Positions 41,537 through 53,282 of a DNA stretch of 64,000 bases are shown piece by piece (position 1 is the first letter of the stretch; every line of letters starts with the position of its first letter). Location of the stretch: positions 96,001-160,000 of IMG/VR virus record IMGVR_UViG_3300021255_002539; one strand, given 5' to 3'. The stretch comes from a virus. Taxonomy: Duplodnaviria > Caudoviricetes. The position numbers and the translations under genes were made by a program. The notes beneath the pieces were generated by a model. It made no database searches. It was not told where the DNA came from and was given only the letters and a program-made list of their open reading frames with translations.

Positions 41537-42637
41537 TCAACGTTGCAGATTCAACTTCATCTTGATGCCAAATGCCGATGTGATCAACTTCCCCAACAGC
41601 TTCTCGTTGGTGAACACATCAAGTCTGTTGGTCTTTTTGGCAAAGTCGTTCAAGTCCTTCACCCCAGCAGCATCCAGAATCTGGTACATGTCCAGGAACA
41701 GAAGGTTTGGGTTCTTGTCAGCATGCTTCAATGCAGACTGGATGCCAGCTTCGTCGTTGTCGAACGCCAGCACAATCTTGTGCCTTGGATAGCAGCTCTG
41801 AATCATCTTCTCCTGATAGTCAGTGAGGTTTCTGCCCCCCAACGCAACGCCATTCTTGACGAACAACGAGTCGAACACGCCCTCGGTGCATATGACATAT
41901 GGGAACGATATGTCCACATTGCCCAAGTTGAACACTGGCTTTGACTGGAAATTGATGTTCTCGTCCTTTGGGAAGATGTACTTGGTGGCTCCTTGACCAG
42001 ATATGTCGTACTTGTTGAAGTTCGCCAACTGGTGGTAGATTGTCCTGTCCTCCCAGATGTACTGAATCAGAACGAACTCCCTTCCAGTGATGTCGTACAT
42101 CGACATGAACATGTCCCGTTTGTCTAGAGGGATCAACCTGGAGTCCAGATAGGAACTGGCTTCCTTGGACAATGGCTTTGCCGCCCATCCCATGTCCAGA
42201 AGGTACTTGTACGACGGATTTGGGGACAATATCTCGAAGTCGGGCTCAATCCCTCCTCCACCAATGGTGGCATCCCCATTCTTCCTCTGCCTCCTCACTA
42301 TGCGGTCGAAGTTCAGAACCTTGTAGTCCTGTATGATTTGGTTGAACACATCCGGGGCGCATATCGCCTTGAGCAACGCATATCCAGTGAGGTTGGCTTC
42401 ACAGTTGAAGCAATGGTATGTCCCAGTCTTTCGGTAGAAGTATCCCCGCTTCTTCAGCTTGTTCTTCTTGGAGTCCCCACAAATTGGGCAGCGGAAGACA
42501 ATCTCGGAGTTGTTGCGGGTCTTGAGAGACGAGGCAGGAAGGTACTCCCATACCTTCCCGTCAACATAGTTTATCCAAGATGTGTCGTTGAAGTCAAACA
42601 CAGCACCAATGTCACATATTGTCCCCAGGATACACAA
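41537..42637 (-). CDS. DNA primase, T4 gp61-like
   Basis: Zn finger FRCPICGDS...HCFNC, TOPRIM EGVFDSLF, FDNDEAG, KDLND; the start may be GTG near 42601. Confidence 0.92.
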   Translation of the reverse strand: MCILGTICDIGAVFDFNDTSWINYVDGKVWEYLPASSLKTRNNSEIVFRCPICGDSKKNKLKKRGYFYRKTGTYHCFNCEANLTGYALLKAICAPDVFNQIIQDYKVLNFDRIVRRQRKNGDATIGGGGIEPDFEILSPNPSYKYLLDMGWAAKPLSKEASSYLDSRLIPLDKRDMFMSMYDITGREFVLIQYIWEDRTIYHQLANFNKYDISGQGATKYIFPKDENINFQSKPVFNLGNVDISFPYVICTEGVFDSLFVKNGVALGGRNLTDYQEKMIQSCYPRHKIVLAFDNDEAGIQSALKHADKNPNLLFLDMYQILDAAGVKDLNDFAKKTNRLDVFTNEKLLGKLITSAFGIKMKLNLQR

Positions 42638-43367
42638 CGAACCTCACCGCGAACACCTCGTCACCATCCTTGTCCTCCATCGTTGTGGGGAAGCAATAGA
42701 TGTTGGTGTAGCCAGTGTCCTTGAGGTAGTCCTCAATCTCCTGAACCACAGTTGGAGATGCGTTTACCTTGCTGGTGATGTATCCAAGCTCGTCGATGGT
42801 CTCAATCTTGGGAAATGTCTTGCCCTCGTTGACCGCGATTGTCATGGCATTCGGCGCGACCTCTATGTTGGAGGTGTCGAACACGATGGGCTGGATGGTC
42901 TGAATGAGGAATGTGAGGCGGTTTGCGATGAATACTGATGGATCCTTCGCAGGTACAGGCTCATCCTCGTCTTCCTCAATGTGCTTGTTGGCGACATTCT
43001 CCCTCTCAGCAAGCTTCTTGTCAATGATGTCACCAAGAAGCTTCTCCAACCTCTCGTCCCCATTCTCCAGCATCTCCAAGATGGACTTGGGTTCAGGCTT
43101 GGGTTTGGGTTGGGATGGGGTCTGCGTCCACTCGGGAACATCAACATTCGTCCGAACTTCCTTGCGCCAAGTAGGTTCCTTGGTCGGCTGCTCGTTGGGA
43201 CTGACATCGCAGTTGTTGTCGGGGTTGCGACTTCTCCTCGGGAAATAGACCCGTGTATGCGCAATGCCATCGTCATCCACAATGCGATTCGTATTGCGTT
43301 TTCCAAACAGACGTTCGACCAGTTCGTCAAATGCGCCGGTTCCTACAAAGTCAAGACTGTCAATCAT
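42612..43367 (-). CDS. Hypothetical protein
   Basis: 251-aa ORF with an RBS in the replication cluster. Confidence 0.7.
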   Translation of the reverse strand: MIDSLDFVGTGAFDELVERLFGKRNTNRIVDDDGIAHTRVYFPRRSRNPDNNCDVSPNEQPTKEPTWRKEVRTNVDVPEWTQTPSQPKPKPEPKSILEMLENGDERLEKLLGDIIDKKLAERENVANKHIEEDEDEPVPAKDPSVFIANRLTFLIQTIQPIVFDTSNIEVAPNAMTIAVNEGKTFPKIETIDELGYITSKVNASPTVVQEIEDYLKDTGYTNIYCFPTTMEDKDGDEVFAVRFVVYPGDNM

Positions 43368-43408
43368 CGTGTGTTTCCTTTCCCTATATTATACAACTTC
43401 TTGGTTGG

Positions 43409-44116
43409 TCAGTAAATAGTCGTGGTCTGTCCCTTGGAATCCTTGAACTGAATCTGCTTGGACTCGGAACCATACCACTCGGTCTCGTATTCCTCGCCAT
43501 AGCCCCTGTCCTCCAGGTTATCCACATTCACATAGGAATAGGTCAGCTTCTTCTTGCCCTTGAGGTAGTCAAGAACCTTCTGGCACTTGTCCTTGTTCTC
43601 GGCATAGTACGAGTAGCTGCGGGAGAAGATTGAAGACCTCTTGCCAGCGACATCACAGTGATACCAATCCTTGAAGTTGATCTCGGAAAGACCAAGCGAC
43701 CTCAGCTTCTTGTTGATGGCCAGGAACTCCTTGCACGGACGAATCAGAAGTATCTTCTTCGTGATGTTGTACTTGTTGTAGTACCCGCTGTACCAAGCAC
43801 TCCCAACCCACTTGCTTTCCTCCCGAACATCGCGGTACAGGATTTCGTTCTTCTTGAGCTTGAACTTCGCGCAAATGGCGTCAGCAATCTGACAGGTGAG
43901 AGAACCAAACGCCTCGTCTGAGAGCTCCCCAAAGTCAACCTCGTCCTTGTGGCCAGAATGGAAGATGGTATGGACACCATTGAACTTGCTGGAACTCACA
44001 TGGTTGAAGTTCTTCGTGATGGAGATTCCAGAAGCCTCATGGTCAGACTTGAACTCCTTGATGAGACTTTTGGCGACGAACGCCACCTTTTCCTCTGTCG
44101 TTGCTGACTTCTTCAT
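43409..44116 (-). CDS. Hypothetical protein
   Basis: ORF with phage-like codon usage. Confidence 0.7.
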   Translation of the reverse strand: MKKSATTEEKVAFVAKSLIKEFKSDHEASGISITKNFNHVSSSKFNGVHTIFHSGHKDEVDFGELSDEAFGSLTCQIADAICAKFKLKKNEILYRDVREESKWVGSAWYSGYYNKYNITKKILLIRPCKEFLAINKKLRSLGLSEINFKDWYHCDVAGKRSSIFSRSYSYYAENKDKCQKVLDYLKGKKKLTYSYVNVDNLEDRGYGEEYETEWYGSESKQIQFKDSKGQTTTIY

Positions 44117-44142
44117 ATGTCTCAATCCTTCTTGTTTTGTTG

Positions 44143-44418
44143 TTAATGAATTTCGTTGTAGGTATGGCCAGCAGAATTGACCGCTATTCCAAGTTTGTCT
44201 GCGGAAACGCCCTTAATCCTCTCGTCTCCATAGGCTGATGCTATTTCATACCGCCCATTGTCGTCATCGACAACCCAATAGGGTGTCCATTCATAAGTGG
44301 AATCGTCGAACTTGAAGACCAACTGCCCAACAGACACCTTGTCCTTGAAGACCAAAGAGTTTCTACCGGACATTGACCACTGAAGTTCATCCCATGCCTT
44401 TGAACCTGGTATTGTCAT
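44143..44418 (-). CDS. Hypothetical protein
   Basis: GGAGGAG RBS. Confidence 0.6.
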   Translation of the reverse strand: MTIPGSKAWDELQWSMSGRNSLVFKDKVSVGQLVFKFDDSTYEWTPYWVVDDDNGRYEIASAYGDERIKGVSADKLGIAVNSAGHTYNEIH

Positions 44419-44432
44419 TTCTACTCCTCCCA

Positions 44433-44711
44433 TCAACCAACCTTGACCTCGACAATCTTCGCCTTGAAGTACCAATCGTCCAGACCATTCTTGGCAGTGA
44501 CAATCACGCCCTCGGTCCCATCATCGTCCTTGTACTGCTCTGGGGCAAGGTAGTCGCCACACGCCAGACCATAGTTGTCAAGCTCGTCGTCGCAAAGCTC
44601 GAAGCAACGAACCAGAGCCTCGTCCTTGGTGTCGAAGTCGGTGATGACCTCCCTACCGGATTCAGTGGGATAGAGCCACTCGGCAACCACGATGTAGTAT
44701 TTGCTGCCCAT
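44433..44711 (-). CDS. Hypothetical protein
   Basis: AAGGAG RBS. Confidence 0.65.
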   Translation of the reverse strand: MGSKYYIVVAEWLYPTESGREVITDFDTKDEALVRCFELCDDELDNYGLACGDYLAPEQYKDDDGTEGVIVTAKNGLDDWYFKAKIVEVKVG

Positions 44712-44722
44712 GTCGTTCTCCT

Positions 44723-45040
44723 TTACTTCCAAGAGATGATCAAGCTTGTGTTGCCATATCCATTGGGCGAAAGCCAATTCTTTTGTCTTGCAGAGAAGCC
44801 TTCACGGGAATAGTGCCGAATTGCCGCTTCTATCGAGGGGCCGCCATACCTATCACCAAGCACAGCCTCTTTGGTGTAGTAGTAGTTTGGTGACACCTCG
44901 CTCTCGCCATCTGCCGCAGCTTTCTCTATCATCTTGTCGATATGGCGGCGAAGCGCGCTGTCATTGAATTCCCTGTCTTCAATCGCTTCCTTGGAAGCAC
45001 GAGCGGTAGCGGTTTGGCTACGAAGTTCAGTAATGTTCAT
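44723..45040 (-). CDS. Hypothetical early protein
   Basis: AAGGAG RBS behind a sigma70 promoter. Confidence 0.65.
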   Translation of the reverse strand: MNITELRSQTATARASKEAIEDREFNDSALRRHIDKMIEKAAADGESEVSPNYYYTKEAVLGDRYGGPSIEAAIRHYSREGFSARQKNWLSPNGYGNTSLIISWK

Positions 45041-45061
45041 TGTCGTTCTCCTTGTTTCCTT

Positions 45062-45118
45062 GTCTCTCACAACACCTATATTATAGCATATTCAGTGGTC
45101 AGATGTCAATACCCCTTG
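45062..45118 (-). promoter_or_regulatory. Early sigma70-type promoter
   Basis: GGGGTA-TTGACA-N18-TATAAT followed by GTGTTGTGAGAGACAA. Confidence 0.75.
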
Positions 45119-45129
45119 GGGCAGAAACA

Positions 45130-45573
45130 TCAAGAGGCGAACTTCAGAACCCACTTGCAAAACCAGGAGTCGTCCTCCCAATCCTCAGCAATTTCGTCGT
45201 CGAACTCGTCGTCCGGGTCGTATGTGTTTGCCTTGACTTCGCTCGTAGAGACGGTTCGTGGTGATGCTGGCTCCCCATCAACATCGTAAATTTGCCTATC
45301 GTCCTCGTCTCCCTCAACTGTACCAATCTTCACGACTGCAGGCTTGTCAAGCATCTCCTCGGGGAGGCACTTCTCAATCTTCTCAACAATCAGCCCAACA
45401 TCAAGTCCCTCGTCGTCGTGCTGTCCAAGATGGAGAACGCCGTCATTGAACCAAATGTATTGAATTCCCCAACAAGGGGCTTCTGCTCCTTCCGCATAGG
45501 GCATTACTGCCGAGCACTGGTCGTCATAGTCCTTGAGCGACTTGATGAGTTCTCTGAATGTAAGATTGTTCAT
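45130..45573 (-). CDS. Hypothetical acidic early protein
   Basis: AAGGAG RBS behind a sigma70 promoter. Confidence 0.7.
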   Translation of the reverse strand: MNNLTFRELIKSLKDYDDQCSAVMPYAEGAEAPCWGIQYIWFNDGVLHLGQHDDEGLDVGLIVEKIEKCLPEEMLDKPAVVKIGTVEGDEDDRQIYDVDGEPASPRTVSTSEVKANTYDPDDEFDDEIAEDWEDDSWFCKWVLKFAS

Positions 45574-45615
45574 TTCTCTGCTCCTTGTTATGATTTAGGC
45601 GTTGCTCAAGACCCT

Positions 45616-45675
45616 TTGTCTCTCACAACACCCATATTATATCATATTCCAATTTCGGATGTCAATACCCCTTGG
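45616..45675 (-). promoter_or_regulatory. Early sigma70-type promoter
   Basis: GGGGTA-TTGACA-N18-TATAAT followed by GTGTTGTGAGAGACAA. Confidence 0.75.
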
Positions 45676-45679
45676 GAGA

Positions 45680-46723
45680 TTACTTCTTGACGAGAACATG
45701 CATCCTCTCGTCGTTGTTGGAAAACATCAGTTTTCCACCATCCTCGTATTCGCCACCATTCGCTGCCCCATGGCATCGCTTTTTGTTGGTCATTGCCTCA
45801 ACGCAGACATGCTCAAACCCAATCTTCAGAGACTCGTAGAGGAAATCGCGCTCCAGTGGGTATATCTCGTTGGTCTTGTAGTCCCGGAACGACTTGACAT
45901 TGAATATGAAGTAGCCACCTTTGACGAGATACCTATGGCAGTTCTCCACAGTCTGGGGAATGAACCCATCTCGCCATTCATGATATGTCATTCCCTTCTT
46001 GTACGACTGCTCTTCCCCAATGCCATAGTCCTCAAGGGAGAAGTATGGTGGACTTGAGAAGCACAATCCCATCTTGTCCTCCCACTCGGGGACGAACACC
46101 TGGCTTCCCTGGCATCTGATGTCGCAAGTGGATGTGTTGTTAGCATTCACCCTCTTGTAGTCGTTGAACAGTGCATTCAACTGTGGAACCAGTTCAGTAT
46201 TGGGATCGGTGCCGAAGTAGTTGACATTGTTCTGAAGGGCGGCAAGCAACCTCGACCCCCATCCACACGAGTAGTCGTAGTAGTTGCCATTGACATTGTA
46301 CTTCTTCACTATCGAGGACGCCACCTTCATCGGAAAGTTTGGGAGCTTCACGCAATACCGTATTCCACACAACCTGAAGGCGGTCTCAATCTTCTTCGAC
46401 AAGGACATTGAATCTGGGAACACCTTCTTGTTGTCAGCAACCTTTCCCGCGAAGTACTCCATTATCTCCTTGTTGTGAATGCCATCCCAGATGGACCAGG
46501 ACGCCCTGGTACCCACGCACTTGGACATCACTTCCTTGAAGTAGAAGTCGTAGACGACATTCATCTTGGTCTTGCCTGAGGCAATGGTCTTCAGTTGCTT
46601 CTCCACCAGACCGAAGTCAGGCTTGGTGTAGTATTCCCTCGCAATTGACTCGAACTCCTCGTCCGTGAGGAGCTTCGAAATGGACGAGTTCTGGGAGATG
46701 CCCTTGTATGTTATCAATGCCAT
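45680..46723 (-). CDS. Amino-DNA (N4-C/N6-A) methyltransferase
   Basis: SAM-binding YDYSCGWGSRL, YFGTDPN, catalytic FSSPPYF. Confidence 0.85.
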   Translation of the reverse strand: MALITYKGISQNSSISKLLTDEEFESIAREYYTKPDFGLVEKQLKTIASGKTKMNVVYDFYFKEVMSKCVGTRASWSIWDGIHNKEIMEYFAGKVADNKKVFPDSMSLSKKIETAFRLCGIRYCVKLPNFPMKVASSIVKKYNVNGNYYDYSCGWGSRLLAALQNNVNYFGTDPNTELVPQLNALFNDYKRVNANNTSTCDIRCQGSQVFVPEWEDKMGLCFSSPPYFSLEDYGIGEEQSYKKGMTYHEWRDGFIPQTVENCHRYLVKGGYFIFNVKSFRDYKTNEIYPLERDFLYESLKIGFEHVCVEAMTNKKRCHGAANGGEYEDGGKLMFSNNDERMHVLVKK

Positions 46724-46801
46724 GACATGATCATTATACGACAAATGCCAACCCAATAATGGAGTCGGCATTGTCTATTTGCGCCATCTGAAATGGTCAA
46801 A

Positions 46802-47179
46802 TTACTTCGCGAGTGGATCAAATCCACCAGTTGGTTCACCCATCGCTGGCTTCGGTGGTTCAGTTGCAACTGGCTTGTCCGATGTTGCGTTGATGTTCTC
46901 GCTCAGCTTGAACATTGCCAACCGCTTGGACATGTTCATCAGGGCGATATCTGATTGCACGGAACGTACCAAAACTCCGGAATAAGCGTCCAAAAATTTC
47001 GAAAAATTCAAAAATTCGGCCGGTATGTCCGAAAGTCCGATGACCTCATAGAACTTCTTGATGAACTCCTGCTCGAACTGCTTGAACTTCGCCTCGTCTG
47101 AGCCAAAGCCCGTGGACTTTGCGATTTCAAGTGCTGTCGCGCTCATGTCGACCTTGTTGTTTTGTGCTGCTTCTGCCAT
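46802..47179 (-). CDS. Hypothetical protein
   Basis: ORF with an AGGA RBS. Confidence 0.65.
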   Translation of the reverse strand: MAEAAQNNKVDMSATALEIAKSTGFGSDEAKFKQFEQEFIKKFYEVIGLSDIPAEFLNFSKFLDAYSGVLVRSVQSDIALMNMSKRLAMFKLSENINATSDKPVATEPPKPAMGEPTGGFDPLAK

Positions 47180-47234
47180 AGTTTGTTTCCTTTTTGTATG
47201 TGTATCTTGTTTTAATTATACGCGGATTCCCTTG

Positions 47235-47642
47235 TCAGAAATCCAATCCCCTATGCCAATCCACGATTTCGTAGTTGGACATCAGATGCTTGTGGTCAAC
47301 GACATCCACATAGAAGTTGTTGAGTAGGTCTGCCTTGATGACCACCCAATCCCTCGGGCGAATGACCAACTTCTCGGGTGGATAGACCTCGGTGTTCAGT
47401 TTCCCAGGAAGGGTGAACACTGAATCCCTGGTGCAGTACTTGCGGAGGGTGGCATCAGAGAACTTGCCCTTCTCGGTCCACTCCTTGACATCTGGCTTCG
47501 GGAAGTCCAGGTTTTCGATGCCTATCATCCCAATGATGTCGTTGATGTCGTTGTATGAACCAGTGAACTGGATGGCAGGATAGGGTTCCGTGAATCCAAT
47601 CCTGTCCTTTTCCCTGTGCTGAATTGCCTTTACCTTGCCCAT
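47235..47642 (-). CDS. Hypothetical protein
   Basis: GGAGG RBS immediately after uvsX. Confidence 0.65.
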   Translation of the reverse strand: MGKVKAIQHREKDRIGFTEPYPAIQFTGSYNDINDIIGMIGIENLDFPKPDVKEWTEKGKFSDATLRKYCTRDSVFTLPGKLNTEVYPPEKLVIRPRDWVVIKADLLNNFYVDVVDHKHLMSNYEIVDWHRGLDF

Positions 47643-47643
47643 G

Positions 47644-48834
47644 TCACTTGACCTCCTTTTCGTCGTTGTCAGACTCGACCACCAACTGCTTCTGCTTTTC
47701 CTTGGCACCCTTCACAGCAGACTCAATCTCTGCCAGGTCGTCCTCGGAACGCGAAGTGTACGCCATCTTCTTGGCAGACTCCTCGTTGAACTTCTCGATG
47801 AAGGTGTCCCAGATTTCGTCCTTGGAGACCAGCTCCTTGTAGGTAACTCTGGTGTCCTTGTAGGTTGGCACGATGTAGCCACCCCGAACCTCCTGGATGA
47901 AGCCATACTTCACGGCGTCCTGGATGATGCCATCGTACTTGGAGATGCCGGTATCGAAGTCAATGAACACATCAGCCTCGAACGCGGGCTTGATTACACG
48001 GTTCTTGGTGCAGAAGAAGCGCATCCTGTTGCCCTTGTAGAAGCCAACGTGACCACCATCGGACTCCTTGCCTGTTGCGAACTCCGTGTCACCATCCTTG
48101 ACCATCAACTTGGAGGCCTGGAGAATGACATGCGAAGCGTACTCAATTCCCTGACCACCAGCCATGTTGTGAATCTTGGAGGGATACATCTGACCAGGAT
48201 TGGAATATTCATGGTTGATTACGATGAGGGAGCAATTGGAGACCACCACGCGCATCATAAGGGTGCGAATGAGGGCGTTCCTGGTCTTGGCGGCCATACC
48301 CTGGTCAGCAACCATCTTGTCCTTGTCAACTGCGTCAGAGACGACCTTGGACGAGGCGAGACCACCAAAGGAATCCAGCACGACGATGTACTTCGGCTCG
48401 TCGTTGTTACTAGGATCCTTCTCCCATTCCTTGTGGGCTTGTACCAAGCTTTCGTAGATGTTGACGAGCTTCACGCAAGCATCCTCGGCGTCAAGAACAG
48501 GGACATACTCGACCTTTTCAAGATCGACCCCGAAGTTCTGGAGCAACTGAGTGCCACCACCCTCTGAATCCACCCAGAAGCAGCCATCAATCTGGCCAGC
48601 CTTGAGCGCGTTTGCAACGACCTGAGCAGCGATAAGCGACTTGCCCGACTGCGAAGGTCCATATACTGTAGTGATTCGCCCACGGGGAACACCCTTGTGA
48701 ACATCTCCTGTTATTACTCTGTTGAGTGCATACGAGCCTGTGCTGTAGAACTCATGGACAATGGCATCGGCATCTGCCGCCGTTCCTGTGTCGTTTTTCT
48801 TCCTCAAACCCTTGAGGAGGTCTTTTGCTTTCAT
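47644..48834 (-). CDS. uvsX: UvsX/RecA-like recombinase
   Basis: STGSYALN, GVPRGRIT, GPSQSGKS, DSEG, VLDSFG, INHEY, GGQG..YAS, KNR. Confidence 0.92.
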   Translation of the reverse strand: MKAKDLLKGLRKKNDTGTAADADAIVHEFYSTGSYALNRVITGDVHKGVPRGRITTVYGPSQSGKSLIAAQVVANALKAGQIDGCFWVDSEGGGTQLLQNFGVDLEKVEYVPVLDAEDACVKLVNIYESLVQAHKEWEKDPSNNDEPKYIVVLDSFGGLASSKVVSDAVDKDKMVADQGMAAKTRNALIRTLMMRVVVSNCSLIVINHEYSNPGQMYPSKIHNMAGGQGIEYASHVILQASKLMVKDGDTEFATGKESDGGHVGFYKGNRMRFFCTKNRVIKPAFEADVFIDFDTGISKYDGIIQDAVKYGFIQEVRGGYIVPTYKDTRVTYKELVSKDEIWDTFIEKFNEESAKKMAYTSRSEDDLAEIESAVKGAKEKQKQLVVESDNDEKEVK

Positions 48835-48953
48835 CTTGTTTCCTTTAATTGATGAAAGTGATGTGGGTATCGCAACCCACGAATTGGTTGTTCGCGCCCT
48901 ATGCGTGAACCACATAATCAATTATACGAAAACCTCTGGAAAGATTAAACTGT

Positions 48954-51900
48954 TCAACCAACTTCCGAATATCCCGAATTGGCGTCTGGTACTGGCGTGG
49001 TCTGTTCGCTTCCTGGGTCTCCACCAGCAACAGCAACTGCAACGGGCATGCCATTCTTGTTCCTGTCCTTGAGCTTGTTGGTCTCTGTGGCAAGTCCCTG
49101 GCGCATCACTTCAAGTCCATCCCTTACTGCATATATGGTCTTCGCGCTCTGTAGAAGCGAACCTGCAGCCTGCATCGCCTTGTCAAGTGGGATCATCACT
49201 GGTCCTTCCTCAGAGACCTCTATTCCATATTGCGCAAGTTCCTCCACCGACATTGGAGACCTCGCGCTCCAGTCAATCTTGCGCTGCTTGCGTTCGACAC
49301 CCAATGGTATCCTCTTTATGCCATCCTCTGGCATTCCATGCATCTTTCTGTAGTACCTCTACCACTCCTCCCATGTATACTTCCGCAATCCTGCCTTTTC
49401 CAACTCTTCCTCGCTTTTGCCACGGGCCTGGAGTTCCCTTCTCTTCTCCATGTGCGCATACCATGCCTTCTACATGGCGGCGGTGTCCTCCCCAATCTTC
49501 ACCTCTATGAAGCCGTCGCTTGATATCTTCGCGGAGTAGTCCAATATCTCCTGTTCGCGCTTCCTTTGGCGGTCCTCCTCTTCCTTCTTGGCTTGCTCCT
49601 CCATCCTCTTCTTGCGGATGCGCTCGGCTGCGGCCTTGTCTTGCGCATTCAGTTCCAGTGCCAGTTCGTCTTCGTTGATGACCACAGACTTGTTCATCTC
49701 AACCCACTCTGGGGAGAACATGTACAAATCCTTCTGGAGTCCATTCGTGGCTACCTGCAATATCGTTGGCCGCTCTCCGACATTGAATCCAAGTCCTGCC
49801 TTCTGCCCCTGGTTGTGGTACGCAGACACCATCTTGGACAACCTGAGCGCAGAACTCCGCTTTGCATTGTCCTCCCTCTCCTTCTGAAGTTGCTCTGGGG
49901 TCTTTGGGTGGATTTCCCTGTATTGCCTCTTGAACTCATCGAATGTCATGGACTGATACCCCATTCCAGACACCTGTTGCTCTGTATGACCTGTGGCAAG
50001 CAAGCTCCTGCGCTTCTCCTGATGCTCGTAGTACTTCTTGAGCAAATCTTCGTCGGCGTTGATTGTGTCTTCTGGCACTGGTGGATTCGATCCTGGTGGC
50101 AGGACAACTTGACCAACCTTGTCTTGGTTCTCCTGCTTCTCCTTCTCGGTTGGTTCCTTGGAGACGAATTCGCTGTCCTGCACATCCACTTGGCCAGAGG
50201 GTGTTGTCTTCACTTCCTTGAACTCAAACAGCTTGTTGGTGTCCAGCTCGTCCTCCCCAGTGACGCTTTTGATTCGCTTCGTCTTCGCGTCCCCCTGGGA
50301 AATCTGGTTGAACGACTGCCTTGATGTCTGCTTGTCGAACAGGTTACCCTTGTTTAGCTTTTCTATGTACTTCGTCACATCCGCCATTCCACTCGATACG
50401 ACATCCTTGTTGCTTCTGTCGTACTTCACTATCTTGTCCGCAAAGTCCTGAAGTACATCGCCCTGGTTGTTGATGATGTTCGACCGTTCCTTGTTCAATT
50501 GATCAAACGCCTCAATCAATGTCTTGAATGCCTCTTCGTCGTCACGGTCGGGGTCAGACATCATGGACCGTATGTTGTCCAGGAACTGACCTATGTAGGA
50601 CGATGGCATCAACATCACTGTCTGTCCATCTTGTGGGTTGTAGTAGAAGAACGCCGACAGAAGTCTCTGGGAGTTGTCTGGATCCTCCAACAACTGCCTC
50701 AATATCTGTTGCGCCGCTATTGGGCCAGTGCTGCCCAACTCCCACACATCCTCCAGGAACTGGTTGTAGTTCTCAACCTGTTGGGAGTTGTACTGGTACA
50801 GCTCGTTCATCGCCTCAATCTTCTTCGCTATGTCCCCACCTGCCTTGTTCGCGTATATCCTCTGATACTCCTGGAAGAACTTCAAGTTGTCCTGAACAGT
50901 ACCCTTCATCTGCAGACCCCTTACGGCAATCCTGGTCTGCCTCGCCTGCTCGCTGTTCCTCTCGGTTGGATCCTCCTGAAGCGTCTCGTTGTTCACTCCC
51001 CTGAATGCCTGACCAGAGAATATGCCCTTGATCTGCGCCCATATATCCTTCCATGGTGCGGTTATCGCGTCTATTATCCCACCAAAGTCGCCCTTTATCA
51101 GCTTCATGAAGCCGCCCGCCAGACTTCTCCACAGGGCAGTACCCAGGTTGCCTATCAGCTTTCCAACAGCAGTTATCGCATTCACTATACCCATCACAAT
51201 CTTCATGAACTTCGTGTCCCTTATCCAATGCCAGAGCTTTATGCAGAGGCCAGCAATCATGTGTATTGCCATTCCAAGCCAATCACCAGCCAGGAACATG
51301 CACAGAACGTCGATACTGCTCTTGCCCGTCGCCTTGAGCATCTTCTTGATTCCAGCCTTGATCATCCCAATGAACTTTATGCCCCACACTATGAACTTCA
51401 CTATTATGCCCTTTGGGTTCGTTATCCAACCCACGACCTTGACCAGGGCGGCTCCAACCATCTTCGTTATCTCCCATATGGCAGAGAACAGCTTCACCGC
51501 TCCAGACACGAACCCAGACACCATTGGCACGATGTAGTCCCTGAAGCCACCAACGAGGGTCTGCATCCACCCCAACAACTTGTCCTTGAACAAGAAGAAG
51601 ATGCCACCTATGATGAGCGCAATCGTCAAGGGGTTGAACAAAACCCGCTTGAATAGACCCCAAGTTGACTTCAAAACCTTCTTCGTCTGATGGACTATCG
51701 CAGAAATTGCCGACAGAATCCTGTCCACGGTCGACGAGACAAGCCACTTCATGAAGTTGATTGGAGCCATCACAATTCCACCCACAAATCCAAACACTGT
51801 CGTCAATATGGTCGCAATTGGCCTGAGGATGAACCGATATGCCTTGTCGATGGCACCAGCACCTATTATCTTCATCCAGTTGCCAACCTTGTTGACGAAC

Positions 51901-53276
51901 TTGCCCATGAAGCCAAACAACCTGGCGAAGAACTGAAATGCGTTGAACGCCAGCTTCTTGATTCCAGCCCACAGCTTCTTGCCAACGAACTTAATTGCCT
52001 TCCACCCCATCTTCGTCACGAATACTGCAGGATTGAACTTGCTTGCCGCTGTTATCAAAGCCTGGCCAATTCCAATCTTCCTGACTGTGCCTATTGCGGA
52101 CTTCACGCCCCTGCCAACAGCCTTTGCTGCCCCAATCGCCGCCTTCCCAACGAACACTGAGGCCTTGACAAATGCCTTGGCAACAAACTTCACTGTCTTG
52201 TAGATTGCCTTTACAGTCTTCTTGATGGCCCGACCAACCTTCTTCATGACACCCAACGCGAACTGAAGTGCCTTCTTTACTGCACGATACGCCTTCCCGA
52301 TGAATGACCGCGAAATCTTGTTCTTGATTCCAGTGGACATGCCACCAATCTTCTGCCCAATTGATGACTTCTGCCTCTTTTTGCCAAAAACCTGCTTTCT
52401 GTTTCTGACACCAAATGGATTCACACCAATCTTCGACTTTCCTGATGTCATCTTGTCGTCCTTTGCGAGTACACCAGACCACTTGTTGTCGAACACCAAA
52501 CCACCAGTCTTTTGCCTCTGACGCCCACCTTCAAGGTCTCCATTTACCTTGTCCACCAATGTCTTTACCCCAGAAACAGTGGTTGCCATCTACTGACCTT
52601 GACCTCTGCGCCTGTCATTGAGTTCGCCTATACGGTGGTTGAGGGCGTCTATCTGCTCCTGGAGTTGGGTCTTTGTGCTCTATACCTGCTCGTCGAACTT
52701 CTGGATTGTGTCTTGGTTGTCCTTGATTCTGTCCACGAGGGTGGTTATCTGATGGTCGCGCCTCAGATACTCGCTCTGCTCGTCCAGTTGCTTCACTTGA
52801 CCATCGACATCAGAGAATATCCTGAATATCTATGCCCTCTGGGTCTTCAACAGGGCGATTGCCTATGTCACCCTGTCAACAATCTCCCGGTGTTCCTGCG
52901 TAGACACGGCCTCAACAACCTCAACCTTCGGCTGGTCAGATGTGGTCTTGCCATTCTGATTCTTGAACACACACCCTCTTTTCACTAGTTCGTCAGCAAC
53001 CCAATTGGTGAACTTGTTCTCGTCCAACTTGTCAGAAAGCAGTTTCTTGATGTTGTCGTAGAGGATGTTGGTCAGAACATCTTTGTTGAAGTCCAGATTC
53101 TGCTCGAACTACTTCGATGCGAACTATACGCAGTTGTCGACGAGCTGGCATATCAGTTCGTCTATTCGCCACTTGTGGTTCTGCCCATTCCCATTCTTGA
53201 CCGCGTCAGCAGTCTGTTGCGACGGCTGTGCGTCGTTCATGGGGTGGCGCTGCGTTATCTTGCTGTCCTGGTTCAT
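48954..53276 (-). CDS. Tape-measure/baseplate-hub-like protein (1440 aa, 8 in-frame TAG)
   Basis: One frame from ATG 53276 to TGA 48954 interrupted only by TAG; coiled-coil N-terminus and long amphipathic Gly/Ala/aromatic helical repeats. Confidence 0.7.
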
Positions 53277-53282
53277 ATACGG

